Of a stretch of 32,000 bases of DNA, positions 19,431 to 29,012 are shown piece by piece (the first letter of the stretch is position 1; every line of letters starts with the position of its first letter). Below the pieces are notes generated by a model. That model did not search any database and was not told the origin of the DNA. It was given only the letters and a program-made list of their open reading frames with translations. Both the position numbers and the translations under genes were made by a program. Origin of the DNA: Opitutales bacterium (GTDB taxonomy: Bacteria; Verrucomicrobiota; Verrucomicrobiia; Opitutales; Coraliomargaritaceae); the NCBI GenBank assembly GCA_049606355.1, contig JBMYVL010000002.1:229310-261309 (forward strand). Direction: 5' to 3'.

Positions 19431-20846
19431 TTATTTCTGGTTCTTCTTAAATTTTTTGGTGTGTTCCAGGCCTAAATAAGCGGGCTCAATCAGACCTTTG
19501 CTCCACGCAGCACGCACACTGTCAATCTCCTTAAAGCGCTCCGGCAATGCCTTGATGATATTATTTTTCTCACTGATATCATCTTTTAAATTAAACATCT
19601 GACGCCCCGTTCCACCGTTATAGGTAATAATCTTATAGTCTCCCATACGCACGGCATATCTACCTTGTGAGCCACCATCACGAAAGAAAATAGCCCTGTG
19701 CGGCGGCCCTTGCTTTGCTCCGGTCAGGTAAGGGATTAGATTCACCCCGTCGAGTGGTTGCTCGGGGTTTAAAGGTGCACCAGATAGATCCGCTATGGTC
19801 GCCAGCACATCCAATGAATTGACTGGATAGTCATACACCGAAGGACGGGTCACCCCTTTCCATTGCATCAGAAACGGCACGCGCCATCCGCCTTCTAAAG
19901 CAGAGCCTTTGCCCCTTCGAAGGACCCCGTTATTCGCACCCCATTTCAGTTTGCCACCATTGTCGGACATGAAAAATACGAGCGTGTTTTCCTCCAGGCC
20001 GGATTCACGAAGCTTATTCATAATCCGCCCCACACCGTCATCCAAGCCGACCACTAGCCCTGCGTATAGCTGCCGGGTTTCGTCTTGTATGTGTGCGACA
20101 CGCTCCAAGTGTCCATCCGCTGGCTGCAATGGAGTATGCGGCGCGTTATACGACATAAACAGGAAAAAGGGCTTATCTTGATGGCGTTCGATAAAATCCA
20201 ACGCCTCATCGGTTAGCGCCTCCGTCAAATGCTTTTCAAAAGCGACTGGTGTATGATCATCCAGAATGAAGGTTCTCATCTGCTGAATCTCTTCCCGGCC
20301 CTCAGTGAGATTGTAGGAGTCTTCAAATTTCATATCCTTCTGGAAATAAAAATGACTCCCGCCTAAGTGGCCATAGAACTCATCGAACCCGCGATTCAGT
20401 GGATGATGCGTCTCCTTGTGCGCGCCAAGATGCCATTTACCAATGATCTTCGACGTATAGCCCACTGGCTTCAGGACTTCAGCAATGGTTTGTTCGCTCT
20501 TTGGCACCCCCATATTGGGATCATTAGGGCGGTACTGCGGATTGCGCTCAGAGCCAAAGCGCTGTTGATAGCGCCCTGTGATAAACCCGGCACGGCTGGG
20601 TCCACAGACTGCATGCGCCGCATACCCACTGGTAAACTGCACGGCACTGCTTGCGAGAGCATCGATATGGGGAGTCGGAATATCCGTGCAGCCGTTATAG
20701 CCGACATCACCATAGCCCAGATCATCCGCCATGATAACGATCAGGTTTGGCTTTTCTTGTGCAGTATCCGCTTGAGCCACCGGCAGCAGAAGCAGAACGG
20801 CGGCGAGCAATTGGATGATATTGATTGTGGGTTTCAGTGGAGTCAT
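19431..20846 (-). CDS. Exported arylsulfatase (arylsulfatase A/B-like)
   Basis: 471 aa. It has the signal MTPLKPTINIIQLLAAVLLLLPVAQA, the block LIVIMADDLGYGDVGYNG, the formylglycine motif VCGPSRAGFITGRYQQR, GKWHLG, and FMSDNGG. Confidence 0.9.
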   Translation of the reverse strand: MTPLKPTINIIQLLAAVLLLLPVAQADTAQEKPNLIVIMADDLGYGDVGYNGCTDIPTPHIDALASSAVQFTSGYAAHAVCGPSRAGFITGRYQQRFGSERNPQYRPNDPNMGVPKSEQTIAEVLKPVGYTSKIIGKWHLGAHKETHHPLNRGFDEFYGHLGGSHFYFQKDMKFEDSYNLTEGREEIQQMRTFILDDHTPVAFEKHLTEALTDEALDFIERHQDKPFFLFMSYNAPHTPLQPADGHLERVAHIQDETRQLYAGLVVGLDDGVGRIMNKLRESGLEENTLVFFMSDNGGKLKWGANNGVLRRGKGSALEGGWRVPFLMQWKGVTRPSVYDYPVNSLDVLATIADLSGAPLNPEQPLDGVNLIPYLTGAKQGPPHRAIFFRDGGSQGRYAVRMGDYKIITYNGGTGRQMFNLKDDISEKNNIIKALPERFKEIDSVRAAWSKGLIEPAYLGLEHTKKFKKNQK

Positions 20847-20876
20847 AGAATTGATAAATCTATGCAGGCTGTAGCT

Positions 20877-22040
20877 CTATTTGCTCAATAGGATGTCGAT
20901 GAGCTCATGATCGATTGTTTTGCTTTCATCATCTGCGATTTTAAAATGGCCTTTGTAGTCCCAGACCGCTTGCGCGATTCCAAGTTTTTCAAAGGCTTTG
21001 ATCCAGTCGCGGTAATAGGCGAGGCGAAGTTCGCGAGGTGCAAACACGATACAACCCCATTCGCCACAATAGACGGGAAGATCATGTTTTTCTGAAAAAT
21101 CGACTGCGATCTGTAAGCGCTCGAGAATTTTTTCATAATCAAACGCGCCATTCACCCTTTTAAGGTAGTCTTTTGTTGCCGGTGTGTACTGATCTCCGAG
21201 TTCGTCTATGAACGAATCCTCCCCAAGAGGTTTCCCCGGATACTGAATCGGTCCATCATAATCTTTTAACCGTGACCAACTCGCTTTGTAGTGGGTTAGA
21301 GGCATCGGTTCGTAATTGTGGAAACTGATGATGAGGTTTTTATCATTATCAGGAACCCACAGCTGTTCCAGTGTGTCGAGCGTTTGCCACCGGTTCGAAC
21401 CGATCACAAAGGTGCGTTTGGGTTCTTTTTCGCGCATGAATGCATAGACTTTTTTAATTAGCTGGTTCCAATCATCCGGATCATCGGCAACCGCTTCATT
21501 CATAAATTCGTAGGCAACGCTGCTCACGCAATTACCACCAATACGGTCTGATATCTCGCCCCAAAGAGCGATGAACTTCTTCTGCTCTTCCGGGTCTTCC
21601 CAAAGCGTATTCGCATGGCCATTACCTTGATTGACGGCATTGAAGTAGTGAGAACGGATAATGTGCAGATCGACAATGATTCGAAGATCGTTTCTGCCAG
21701 CCCAGGTAATGGCCTTGTCCAAATAGTCCCAGGCATCCTCAAGTGGCTTACCTGCTTCATCCCAGAACTCTTTCTCATCGATCGGAAGCCGGATATGGTC
21801 GAAACCTTGCGCTTTCAGCATGATAAAATCATACTCAGTGATGTAGCTCGCCATTAGCTCACGGGGTCGTTCATCACGTTGCGACAACCAATGGCTTAGA
21901 TTAACGCCGCGCTTAATTTCGAATTTATTCTTGCAGCAAGCTGCTCCCGCGATGGCAACATGCGGTAAGCCAACAGCCATTGCCAGGAGGACGGTGATGC
22001 GGGCTAGTAATTTTCTCATCTGTTGAATTCGTTGTATCAT
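20877..22040 (-). CDS. Exported glycoside hydrolase family 5 (cellulase superfamily)
   Basis: 387 aa. An alternative start at 22019, MRKLLARITVLLAMAV..., gives a cleaner signal peptide. GH5 blocks are RGVNLSHWL, FDHIRLPI, VDLH, AYEFMNEA (acid/base E), SFHNYEP and VYCGEWG (nucleophile E). Confidence 0.85.
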   Translation of the reverse strand: MIQRIQQMRKLLARITVLLAMAVGLPHVAIAGAACCKNKFEIKRGVNLSHWLSQRDERPRELMASYITEYDFIMLKAQGFDHIRLPIDEKEFWDEAGKPLEDAWDYLDKAITWAGRNDLRIIVDLHIIRSHYFNAVNQGNGHANTLWEDPEEQKKFIALWGEISDRIGGNCVSSVAYEFMNEAVADDPDDWNQLIKKVYAFMREKEPKRTFVIGSNRWQTLDTLEQLWVPDNDKNLIISFHNYEPMPLTHYKASWSRLKDYDGPIQYPGKPLGEDSFIDELGDQYTPATKDYLKRVNGAFDYEKILERLQIAVDFSEKHDLPVYCGEWGCIVFAPRELRLAYYRDWIKAFEKLGIAQAVWDYKGHFKIADDESKTIDHELIDILLSK

Positions 22041-22064
22041 TGTCAGTATTGAAGCAGAATCATT

Positions 22065-23540
22065 CTACAAACGCTGCGACCTGGCGTTTAAAGACGTTTC
22101 CAGTAGTTTCCAGCCTTCGGCATCGGCATACAGCCCCTCGGCGAGTTCTTGCATGATAGTTGTGTACTTCGGATTCTTAGCCAAACTTTGTGTTTCAAAA
22201 GGGTCTTTCTCATAATCGTACAGGTCGCGACCGACAACTTTCTTGGAATATCTGTTAATCCACTCGATATAGCGGTAGCGCTCTGTCCTGTAGGAGTACC
22301 CCAACGCTCCTTTTTTTCCCGTACTTTTATAAAGCGTGGTGGCTCCTTTGCGTACTTTCACTTCCGGATCATTCATTACCGGCACAAGGCTGACCCCCTG
22401 CAGTTGGTCCAGAACAGGAACTCCAGTGAGTTCGCAGAGCGTTGGAAACACATCCGTAAATTCGGCGGGAGAAACTGTTGTTTGTCCGCTCTTTTTCATC
22501 CGTGGATCCACAATAATCAAGGGGACGCGTGCCGCCTGCTCAAAGGTCGAATGTTTGCCCCAGTAGCCATGATCCCCGAGGTGAAATCCATGGTCTCCCC
22601 AAAGCACGACGATAGTGTTCTCTTTAAGCCCCAACGCCTCCAATTCATTCAGCAAACTGCCAATCAAGTCATCGATGAATGTGACACACGACAGGTAACC
22701 ATGAATCAGTTGTTTCTGCACTTCAACAGGCAGGTCATGCCCCTCTTTCGGGAAAGGATAATAGCTGCGTATCTCGTTCATATCCGGCGGCCCGAATCCT
22801 GAGCTATCTGCGGCATGCTCTTGAAAGGCGTGGACTTCAATGGAGTCGTGCGCATACATATCCCAGTATTTCTTGGGAGAGACAAAAGCGAGGTGCGGTT
22901 TCTTAAAACCGACTGCGAGGAAAAATGGCTGTTCGGCAGCGGCTCTCTCACGCATGAGCTTGAGCCCATGTTGAGCAATCCGATAATCCTGAAAATTTTT
23001 CATCTCCGTGTCATAGGCAATGGAGGCTAGTTTATTCCACCCCTCAGGACATTCGTCCCTGGCCCGGTTATCGGCATCCCCTTTTGGGTATCCGCCCGGG
23101 CTTGTGGTATAGGGCTCGCTCCAGGACTCCTTATCCATAATCTTCTCTGAATCGACACAACGTCGGTCATAAATCTTACCGGTTCCTGTCGTAAAATAGC
23201 CGTGTTGCTTTAAATGCTCGGGAAGCGACACAATGCCGGGATTGGATTCACGCCATTTGGTTTTCAGGTTCATCACGCCCGTTGTTTCTGGACGGAGTCC
23301 GGACATAATGCTTGCCCGCGATGGCCCGCAAACCGGCCATTGACACTGCGCACGAAGAAAAGTCGTTCCTTGCCCCGCCAGCTTGTCTATGTTCGGAGAA
23401 ATCACGCGCTCATCACCATAGCATCCGAGTGCCGGGACAAGATCATCGACGGCGATAAATAAGACGTTCGGCTTGGCTTGTTCCACGCCGAAGCAGAAGC
23501 CGGCAACGAACAGAACTGACGCAATTAATATTTTTTTCAT
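22065..23540 (-). CDS. Exported sulfatase (iduronate-2-sulfatase-like), paralog of 17937..19343
   Basis: 491 aa. It has the signal MKKILIASVLFVAGFCFG, the block VLFIAVDDLVPALGCYG, the formylglycine motif VCGPSRASIMSGLRP, and WGDHGFHLGDHG. Confidence 0.9.
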   Translation of the reverse strand: MKKILIASVLFVAGFCFGVEQAKPNVLFIAVDDLVPALGCYGDERVISPNIDKLAGQGTTFLRAQCQWPVCGPSRASIMSGLRPETTGVMNLKTKWRESNPGIVSLPEHLKQHGYFTTGTGKIYDRRCVDSEKIMDKESWSEPYTTSPGGYPKGDADNRARDECPEGWNKLASIAYDTEMKNFQDYRIAQHGLKLMRERAAAEQPFFLAVGFKKPHLAFVSPKKYWDMYAHDSIEVHAFQEHAADSSGFGPPDMNEIRSYYPFPKEGHDLPVEVQKQLIHGYLSCVTFIDDLIGSLLNELEALGLKENTIVVLWGDHGFHLGDHGYWGKHSTFEQAARVPLIIVDPRMKKSGQTTVSPAEFTDVFPTLCELTGVPVLDQLQGVSLVPVMNDPEVKVRKGATTLYKSTGKKGALGYSYRTERYRYIEWINRYSKKVVGRDLYDYEKDPFETQSLAKNPKYTTIMQELAEGLYADAEGWKLLETSLNARSQRL

Positions 23541-23577
23541 TACAAACTCAGCTTTATGTTCATTCCCTGATTCATGC

Positions 23578-25224
23578 TTATTTCCCCTTCAGTTCACCGA
23601 ACGTACCGGGCAAAGCATTCAGGTAGTTTGTGAGTTCCTTCCGCATTTCGGCGAGTTTCGGTGCATATTCCGGATCGTTCACTAAATTGACGTTTTCGGA
23701 AGGATCCGCCTCCAGGTTATAGAGCTGTTCCAGATCAAAGAAGGCCGGCTTGGTTCCGAAAGTTTTAGCTTCGGCCCCCCCGCCGCCCGGATAGAGCTCC
23801 AGATGTCCGTAAGGCAAGGTCGGGTCCAAATTAATCGCTTCCCCGCCAAACGAACGCCGTTTTGCGTTATAAGCATCCAGCATCTTCGTGCGTTCTTCCA
23901 GAGTGGCATTCTTCGCGTAGTCCGGATAATTTAGAGTCAGATATTTAAACTTTCCTTTGGTCACCGCTCGTGCGTATCCAAGCTCATGATACATGCTCTT
24001 ACGCTCAGTATAGTCTCCGCCTTCCAGCGCCGCTTTGAAACTTTGGCCATCACACAGCGCATCGGGATTTTCATAACCGGCGAAATCGAGCAGCGTCGGC
24101 ATAAAGTCGATGTTCGACACCAGAGCATCAGAGGTGGATCCACATTTAAAGCCGGAACTGCGCCAGATCAGGCTTTGCGAGTGAATCCCGCCTTGATACA
24201 AGGTGCCTTTGTTGTGCTGTCCATGGTCGGTAAAGAACAGGATGATGGTGTTGTCGATTTTTCCGGTTTCTTCCAGCTTATCGAGCAGCGCGCCCAGCGC
24301 ATCATCCAGCCACAAGAGGTTCGTGACCTCGACCCCTTCCAGGCCAGCCTCCTGAATACGGGCGGTTAACGTTTCACGCGCGGGCTGCACATTTAACGGT
24401 TCGTCGAGATACCCGATCGCGGTCACCAGTGGATCCCCCTCATAGGATTGTTCCGGATTCAACGGATCATGCACAAGCGTCGTGGCAAAATAGAGAAAGG
24501 TGGGCTCATCGCGGTAGGTCTCCAGAAACTTCAGTCCCCCGGCAGTCACCCAATCCATATTTTGCACAGCCAGCGCTTTGATACCCAGCCAACTCGGGTT
24601 GTTGTGATAGAGGCTATCGGCAAAATCGAACCCGCAGTTTTGAATATCCTCCTGTAGCAAGCGATGCCGCTCCTCGAGGCCTGCCTTCACCTTTGGGTCG
24701 CGCGGGTCCGCATGCAGATCCGGTTTGTCCTCATAGTTAATCTGCGACGGGCTGTCGACCACATGGTTTTTACCAACAAACCCGGTCTTGTAGCCCAGTT
24801 CCTGGAAATACGAGCCCATGGTCTTGTTCTTTCCGGGAACGATGTGGGTGTTAAAGCTCACCACCGTTTGCCCATCATTCTGTTGCGCAAACTCGAGAAA
24901 CTTTTCATTCACGGCCCGGCTGGCATAGTTCCCCGTCAGACTGTTGTAGCGACTGGGCGTGCAGACCGGTGAGACAACCCGCTGATTGGTCATAAAGACC
25001 CCTTCCGCAGCCAGTCGGTCCAGATTCGGGGTCAGGTTCTTCCCCTGCCCTTCCGGTATGGCATTAAACATTTCAGGCTTCATATCATCCGCGATAAAGA
25101 AGATGACATTGGGACGATCATCCTGAACCGTCTTCGCCTGCAGCGTCGCGACCCCAGTGAAGGCCATTGCCATGGCCAGCCCGATTCCGGCGCGTATTCC
25201 TGTTTTTAGATTCATCTGTTTCAT
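23578..25224 (-). CDS. Exported sulfatase (distinct S1 subfamily)
   Basis: 548 aa. It has the signal MKQMNLKTGIRAGIGLAMAMAFTGVATLQA, the block VIFFIADDMKPEMF, the formylglycine motif VCTPSRYNSLTGNYASR, and FTDHGQ. The ATG at 25224..25222 directly abuts the TAA of the upstream GH94 gene. Confidence 0.9.
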   Translation of the reverse strand: MKQMNLKTGIRAGIGLAMAMAFTGVATLQAKTVQDDRPNVIFFIADDMKPEMFNAIPEGQGKNLTPNLDRLAAEGVFMTNQRVVSPVCTPSRYNSLTGNYASRAVNEKFLEFAQQNDGQTVVSFNTHIVPGKNKTMGSYFQELGYKTGFVGKNHVVDSPSQINYEDKPDLHADPRDPKVKAGLEERHRLLQEDIQNCGFDFADSLYHNNPSWLGIKALAVQNMDWVTAGGLKFLETYRDEPTFLYFATTLVHDPLNPEQSYEGDPLVTAIGYLDEPLNVQPARETLTARIQEAGLEGVEVTNLLWLDDALGALLDKLEETGKIDNTIILFFTDHGQHNKGTLYQGGIHSQSLIWRSSGFKCGSTSDALVSNIDFMPTLLDFAGYENPDALCDGQSFKAALEGGDYTERKSMYHELGYARAVTKGKFKYLTLNYPDYAKNATLEERTKMLDAYNAKRRSFGGEAINLDPTLPYGHLELYPGGGGAEAKTFGTKPAFFDLEQLYNLEADPSENVNLVNDPEYAPKLAEMRKELTNYLNALPGTFGELKGK

Positions 25225-27663
25225 TTATAAGACCTCTCCAAGTGTAACCTCCACCCTATTCACAGAACCTTCGGCCTGCACCGGCACCACATTGTCCGAT
25301 ACCGGCTCACCGTTCACCGTCAGGGATGCGACACCCTTACAAACCCCCGTCGGGTTTTTGATGGTAATGTTGTAGCTGGCACCGCGGTATTCACGGGTGA
25401 CCTTGTATTCTTTCCAATCTTTGGAAACACAGGGATCAATGGTCAGACCGTCATAACCGGGCTTGATCCCGAGAATGTCCTGCGAGATGGCCGCCCAGTT
25501 CCACGCAGCGGTCCCCGTGAGCCACGAGTTTTTGGCTTCGCCCGGCTTAAAGGCATCTTTGCCGGCAATCATCTGCGAATAGACATAAGGCTCCATCTTG
25601 TGGAGTTCGGATTTCTCTTCGCGGAACGCCGGTGCAATACGCTTCCAGTAATCCAGCGCCTTGTCCCCGCGCCCGAGCTTGGTTTCGCCGATGATCACCC
25701 AGGGGTTGTTGTGACAGAAGATGCCCGCGTTTTCTTTATAGCCGGCCGGGTAGGTGGAAATTTCACCATACTCGATGACGTATTTGGTGAAGGCCGGATT
25801 GTTGAGCACGATGCCGTGCTCGCAGGCGAGGCGCTCTTCGACGGAGTCGAGGGCCTTTTCGCACAGGCCGTCTTCTGTGCCGATCTCGGCCATTGTGCAG
25901 AAACCCTGCGATTCGATAAAGATCTGGGCCTCCTCGTTTTCTTTAGAGCCGACCGGCTTGCCGTAGTAGTCGTAGGCGCGTAGGAACCAGTCGCCGTCCC
26001 AGCCGTCTTTCTTGACCGCTTCGATCATCGCGTCGATCTGCTTTTCGGCTTCGGCGGTTTCCACCCCGCGGCGTTTACACAGTTCGACATATTCGCGGCC
26101 ATAGAGGACAAACTGCCCGGCAATCATGAGCGATTCAGCGGTGCGACCCATCTTATTGCTGGTCGTCTGAAACGACTCATTGGGGTCGCTGGAGAAACAG
26201 TTGAGGTTCAGGCAGTCGTTCCAATCGGCACGACCGATCAGCGGCAGGCCATGCGGGCCGAGGTTGTTGACCGTAAAGTTGAACGAGCGGGTCAGGTGCC
26301 CGAACAGGTCGGTCGCCTTCGACGCGTCATTGTCGTACGGAACCGACTCATCCAGAATGCTCCAGTCGCCGGTTTCCTTGATGTAGGCGGAAACGGAAAG
26401 AATCAGCCACAGCGGATCATCGTTAAAGTCGCCGCCGATATCGGCGTTGCCGCGTTTCGTCAGCGGTTGGTACTGGTGATAGGCAGAACCGTCTTCAAAC
26501 TGAGTGGACGCGATATCAATGATGCGCTGCCGTGCCCGCTCCGGCACCTGGTGCACGAAACCGATCAGATCCTGATTGGAATCGCGGAAGCCCATCCCAC
26601 GGCCGATCCCCGACTCGAAGAAGGAGGCGCTGCGCGACATGTTGAACGTGACCATACATTGGTAGGGGTTCCAGATGTTCACCATGCGGTCGATTTTCTC
26701 ATCGCCGGTCGAAACCTGATAGACATCAAGCAGACGCTTCCAATTCGCTGCAATTTCAGCGAGCGCAGCATCGACCTTCGCCACCGTATCGAATTTCGAA
26801 ATAACGTCTTTGGCTTTGGTCTTGTTAATGACGCCCTTCGACTCCCATTTTTCCTCCTCGGCGTTTTCAATATAGCCGAGCACGAAGACCAGTTCGCGCT
26901 TTTCACCCGGAGCCAGATCCACTTCGATGTAATGCGATGCAATCGGTGACCAGCCATGCGCAACCGAGTTGCGCGGAGCACCCGCTTCGACCACCTGTGG
27001 GTTTTCGAAGCCATTGTAGAGACCGATAAAGTTTTCACGATCGGTATCATAGCCGTTGATCGGTGCATTGACGGAGAAGAAGGCGTAATGATCGCGGCGC
27101 TCTTTGTATTCCGTTTTGTGGTAGATGACGGAATCTTCAATTTCCACTTCGCCGCAAGAGAGGTTGCGCTGGAAGTTCTCCATATCGCTCATACCGTTCC
27201 ACAGGCACCACTCTACGAAAGAGAAGAGCTTGAGGCTTTTCGGTACATTGGAACCATTCTCGATGACCAGCTTGTGCACTTCGGCGTTAGTTCCCTTGGG
27301 GACGAAGCAGGTCAGTTCGGAGCGGACGCCGTCTTTTTCGCCAATGAATTTCGAATAGCTGAGCCCGTGGCGGCACTCGTATTTATCCAGGTCTGTTTGG
27401 GTCGGCTTCCACCCCGGATTCCAGACGGTGTCACCATCCTTAATGTAATAATAACGCCCGCCGACATCCATCGGCACATTGTTGAAGCGATAGCGAGTCA
27501 AGCGGCGGAATTTCGCATCCTTGTAAAAACAGTAGCCGCCGGCCGTGTTGGAAACGAGGCCGAAAAACTCCTCGTTTCCGAGGTAGTTGATCCATGGATA
27601 CGGCGTCTTCGGTTCCGTAATCACATACTCGCGAGCTTCATCATCAAAATATCCAAACTTCAT
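25225..27663 (-). CDS. GH94 disaccharide phosphorylase (cellobiose-phosphorylase-like), cytoplasmic
   Basis: 812 aa with no signal peptide. The N-terminus [64 protein letters not shown] is near-consensus for cellobiose phosphorylases. Other family blocks are [26 protein letters not shown] (catalytic Asp block) and [12 protein letters not shown] (phosphate-binding His). Confidence 0.9.
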   Translation of the reverse strand: MKFGYFDDEAREYVITEPKTPYPWINYLGNEEFFGLVSNTAGGYCFYKDAKFRRLTRYRFNNVPMDVGGRYYYIKDGDTVWNPGWKPTQTDLDKYECRHGLSYSKFIGEKDGVRSELTCFVPKGTNAEVHKLVIENGSNVPKSLKLFSFVEWCLWNGMSDMENFQRNLSCGEVEIEDSVIYHKTEYKERRDHYAFFSVNAPINGYDTDRENFIGLYNGFENPQVVEAGAPRNSVAHGWSPIASHYIEVDLAPGEKRELVFVLGYIENAEEEKWESKGVINKTKAKDVISKFDTVAKVDAALAEIAANWKRLLDVYQVSTGDEKIDRMVNIWNPYQCMVTFNMSRSASFFESGIGRGMGFRDSNQDLIGFVHQVPERARQRIIDIASTQFEDGSAYHQYQPLTKRGNADIGGDFNDDPLWLILSVSAYIKETGDWSILDESVPYDNDASKATDLFGHLTRSFNFTVNNLGPHGLPLIGRADWNDCLNLNCFSSDPNESFQTTSNKMGRTAESLMIAGQFVLYGREYVELCKRRGVETAEAEKQIDAMIEAVKKDGWDGDWFLRAYDYYGKPVGSKENEEAQIFIESQGFCTMAEIGTEDGLCEKALDSVEERLACEHGIVLNNPAFTKYVIEYGEISTYPAGYKENAGIFCHNNPWVIIGETKLGRGDKALDYWKRIAPAFREEKSELHKMEPYVYSQMIAGKDAFKPGEAKNSWLTGTAAWNWAAISQDILGIKPGYDGLTIDPCVSKDWKEYKVTREYRGASYNITIKNPTGVCKGVASLTVNGEPVSDNVVPVQAEGSVNRVEVTLGEVL

Positions 27664-27698
27664 ACTATAGGTTTCCTTAAAAAATTAAACTGTACTAA

Positions 27699-29012
27699 TT
27701 AGTGGCTAACGTGCTTTCCGTTAATGGTCACATCCACCAGCTCGATTTGATCGTGTGCATGGATCTCGACGGGTGTCACAGCCTTTTCGACGGTGACATT
27801 ACGAATGACGACATCGGTGATCGGTGAGTCGACATGCCCCTCGACACGTATACCGGTATCGGCTTCCTTGCAGGTCACATTCTCAATTCGGAAGTTGCGG
27901 AAGGTGGGTGGATGCTCACCTCCACGAAATTCATGGTAGTCGGTCTGAAAGCGAATCAGGTTATGGCTGGCATGCTCCACGGTGATATTGCGCACGTGCA
28001 TATTCTCAACCACCCCACCCCGATCCAAATTGGCTTTGAAGAAGATCAGGTTGCGGCCGCTTTCGATTGTATTGTTTTCGATAAAGACATTCCGCACCGA
28101 TCCGGACATTTCACTGCCGATGGCAAAGCCGTTGTGTACTTCGAGGCAGGTATTGTTGCGGATTACGATATTCTCCGAAGGTTTCGCAAGGTCACGCCCC
28201 TCTCGGTCACGCCCGGATTTAATCGCAACCGCATCATCACCGGTGCGGAACGTGCAGTTCTCAATCAGCACAAAACTCGACGAATCAACATCCACCCCAT
28301 CGTTCTGCAGCACCATGCTGTCAATCGATACATTACGAATCGTGATGTGTTTGGAAAAGGTCGGATGGATGATCCAGAACGGGGCTTGCACGATGCTCAC
28401 CCCTTCGATTTTGATTCGCTCAGAGTCGATAAACTGAATGAAGGATGGGCGCAGGTAATGGCCCTCACCAAAGATCCGCTCCTCCACTGGCGTGGCGCGA
28501 TCGCCCATGCTGCGTAAGCGATCCTGATCCGGCCGTTGCTTTTCAAACCATCCTTTAAACTTACCCTCGGAATTACCGTCGATGGTACCGGCACCGGTAA
28601 TGGCAACATTTTCAACCCCGTTCGCGTAAATAAACGGACTGTAATTCAGAAGCCTCGTCCCCTCCCAGCGTGTGTAGACCACCGGCAGGAAATTATCGAG
28701 CTCCGCACTGAAACGTAGCGTACTGCCCTCCTCCAGCTGAAGGTTAATATGACTCTTCAGGTGCAGCGGTCCTTCCAGCCAATACGTGCCGGCGGGAACC
28801 AGAACCGTACCACCGCCCGCTTCGCTGCATTGATCGACTGCGGCCTGCAGGACGGGCAGGTCATTGTGGGTTCCATCACCTCGTGCCCCGAGTTCACGCA
28901 CATTGACGCGATGTTCCGGAAAATTCGGCTCCTCGATCGCCTCAACGATGTGGTCTGCCTGCTGCCAGGCATCCTCTACCAGTGGTAAAAGCTCAAGACC
29001 TTTGTGTATCAT
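27699..29012 (-). CDS. GH28 glycoside hydrolase (exo-polygalacturonase-like), no signal peptide
   Basis: 437 aa. The N-cap reads NVRELGARGDGTHNDLPVLQAAVDQCSEAGGGTVLVPAGTYWLEGPLHLKSHINL. GH28 catalytic blocks are QNDGVDVDS, TGDDAVAIKSG and HNGFAIGSEMSG. The N-terminus MIHKGLELLPLVEDAWQQ is not signal-like. The start overlaps the upstream stop (ATGA at 29009-29012). Confidence 0.85.
   Translation of the reverse strand: MIHKGLELLPLVEDAWQQADHIVEAIEEPNFPEHRVNVRELGARGDGTHNDLPVLQAAVDQCSEAGGGTVLVPAGTYWLEGPLHLKSHINLQLEEGSTLRFSAELDNFLPVVYTRWEGTRLLNYSPFIYANGVENVAITGAGTIDGNSEGKFKGWFEKQRPDQDRLRSMGDRATPVEERIFGEGHYLRPSFIQFIDSERIKIEGVSIVQAPFWIIHPTFSKHITIRNVSIDSMVLQNDGVDVDSSSFVLIENCTFRTGDDAVAIKSGRDREGRDLAKPSENIVIRNNTCLEVHNGFAIGSEMSGSVRNVFIENNTIESGRNLIFFKANLDRGGVVENMHVRNITVEHASHNLIRFQTDYHEFRGGEHPPTFRNFRIENVTCKEADTGIRVEGHVDSPITDVVIRNVTVEKAVTPVEIHAHDQIELVDVTINGKHVSH

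Noticed and set aside
17937-23540. Apparent lower GC in the four-gene block (two sulfatases, GH5, sulfatase), suggesting a horizontally inserted cassette
   Set aside because: Hand counts of nine 60-nt lines inside the block gave 259/540 G+C. Six lines elsewhere gave 191/360. The difference is small, and line-to-line scatter (21 to 39 per 60) is larger than the shift. A windowed GC and codon-usage calculation would be needed.
26251-27702. Two consecutive plus-strand ORFs (232 and 248 aa) opposite the GH94 gene
   Set aside because: Both are antisense to a gene whose product matches cellobiose phosphorylases along its entire length. The translations are low-complexity (R/V/F/D-rich) with no recognisable motifs, so they are shadow ORFs.
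27834-28517. 227-aa and 151-aa plus-strand ORFs opposite GH28. Similar antisense ORFs occur at 22149-22802, 20367-20891, 18708-19202 and 17289-17810.
   Set aside because: All are nested antisense within CDS that carry clear family motifs (GH28, sulfatases, MFS). None has a motif, a signal or plausible operon context.
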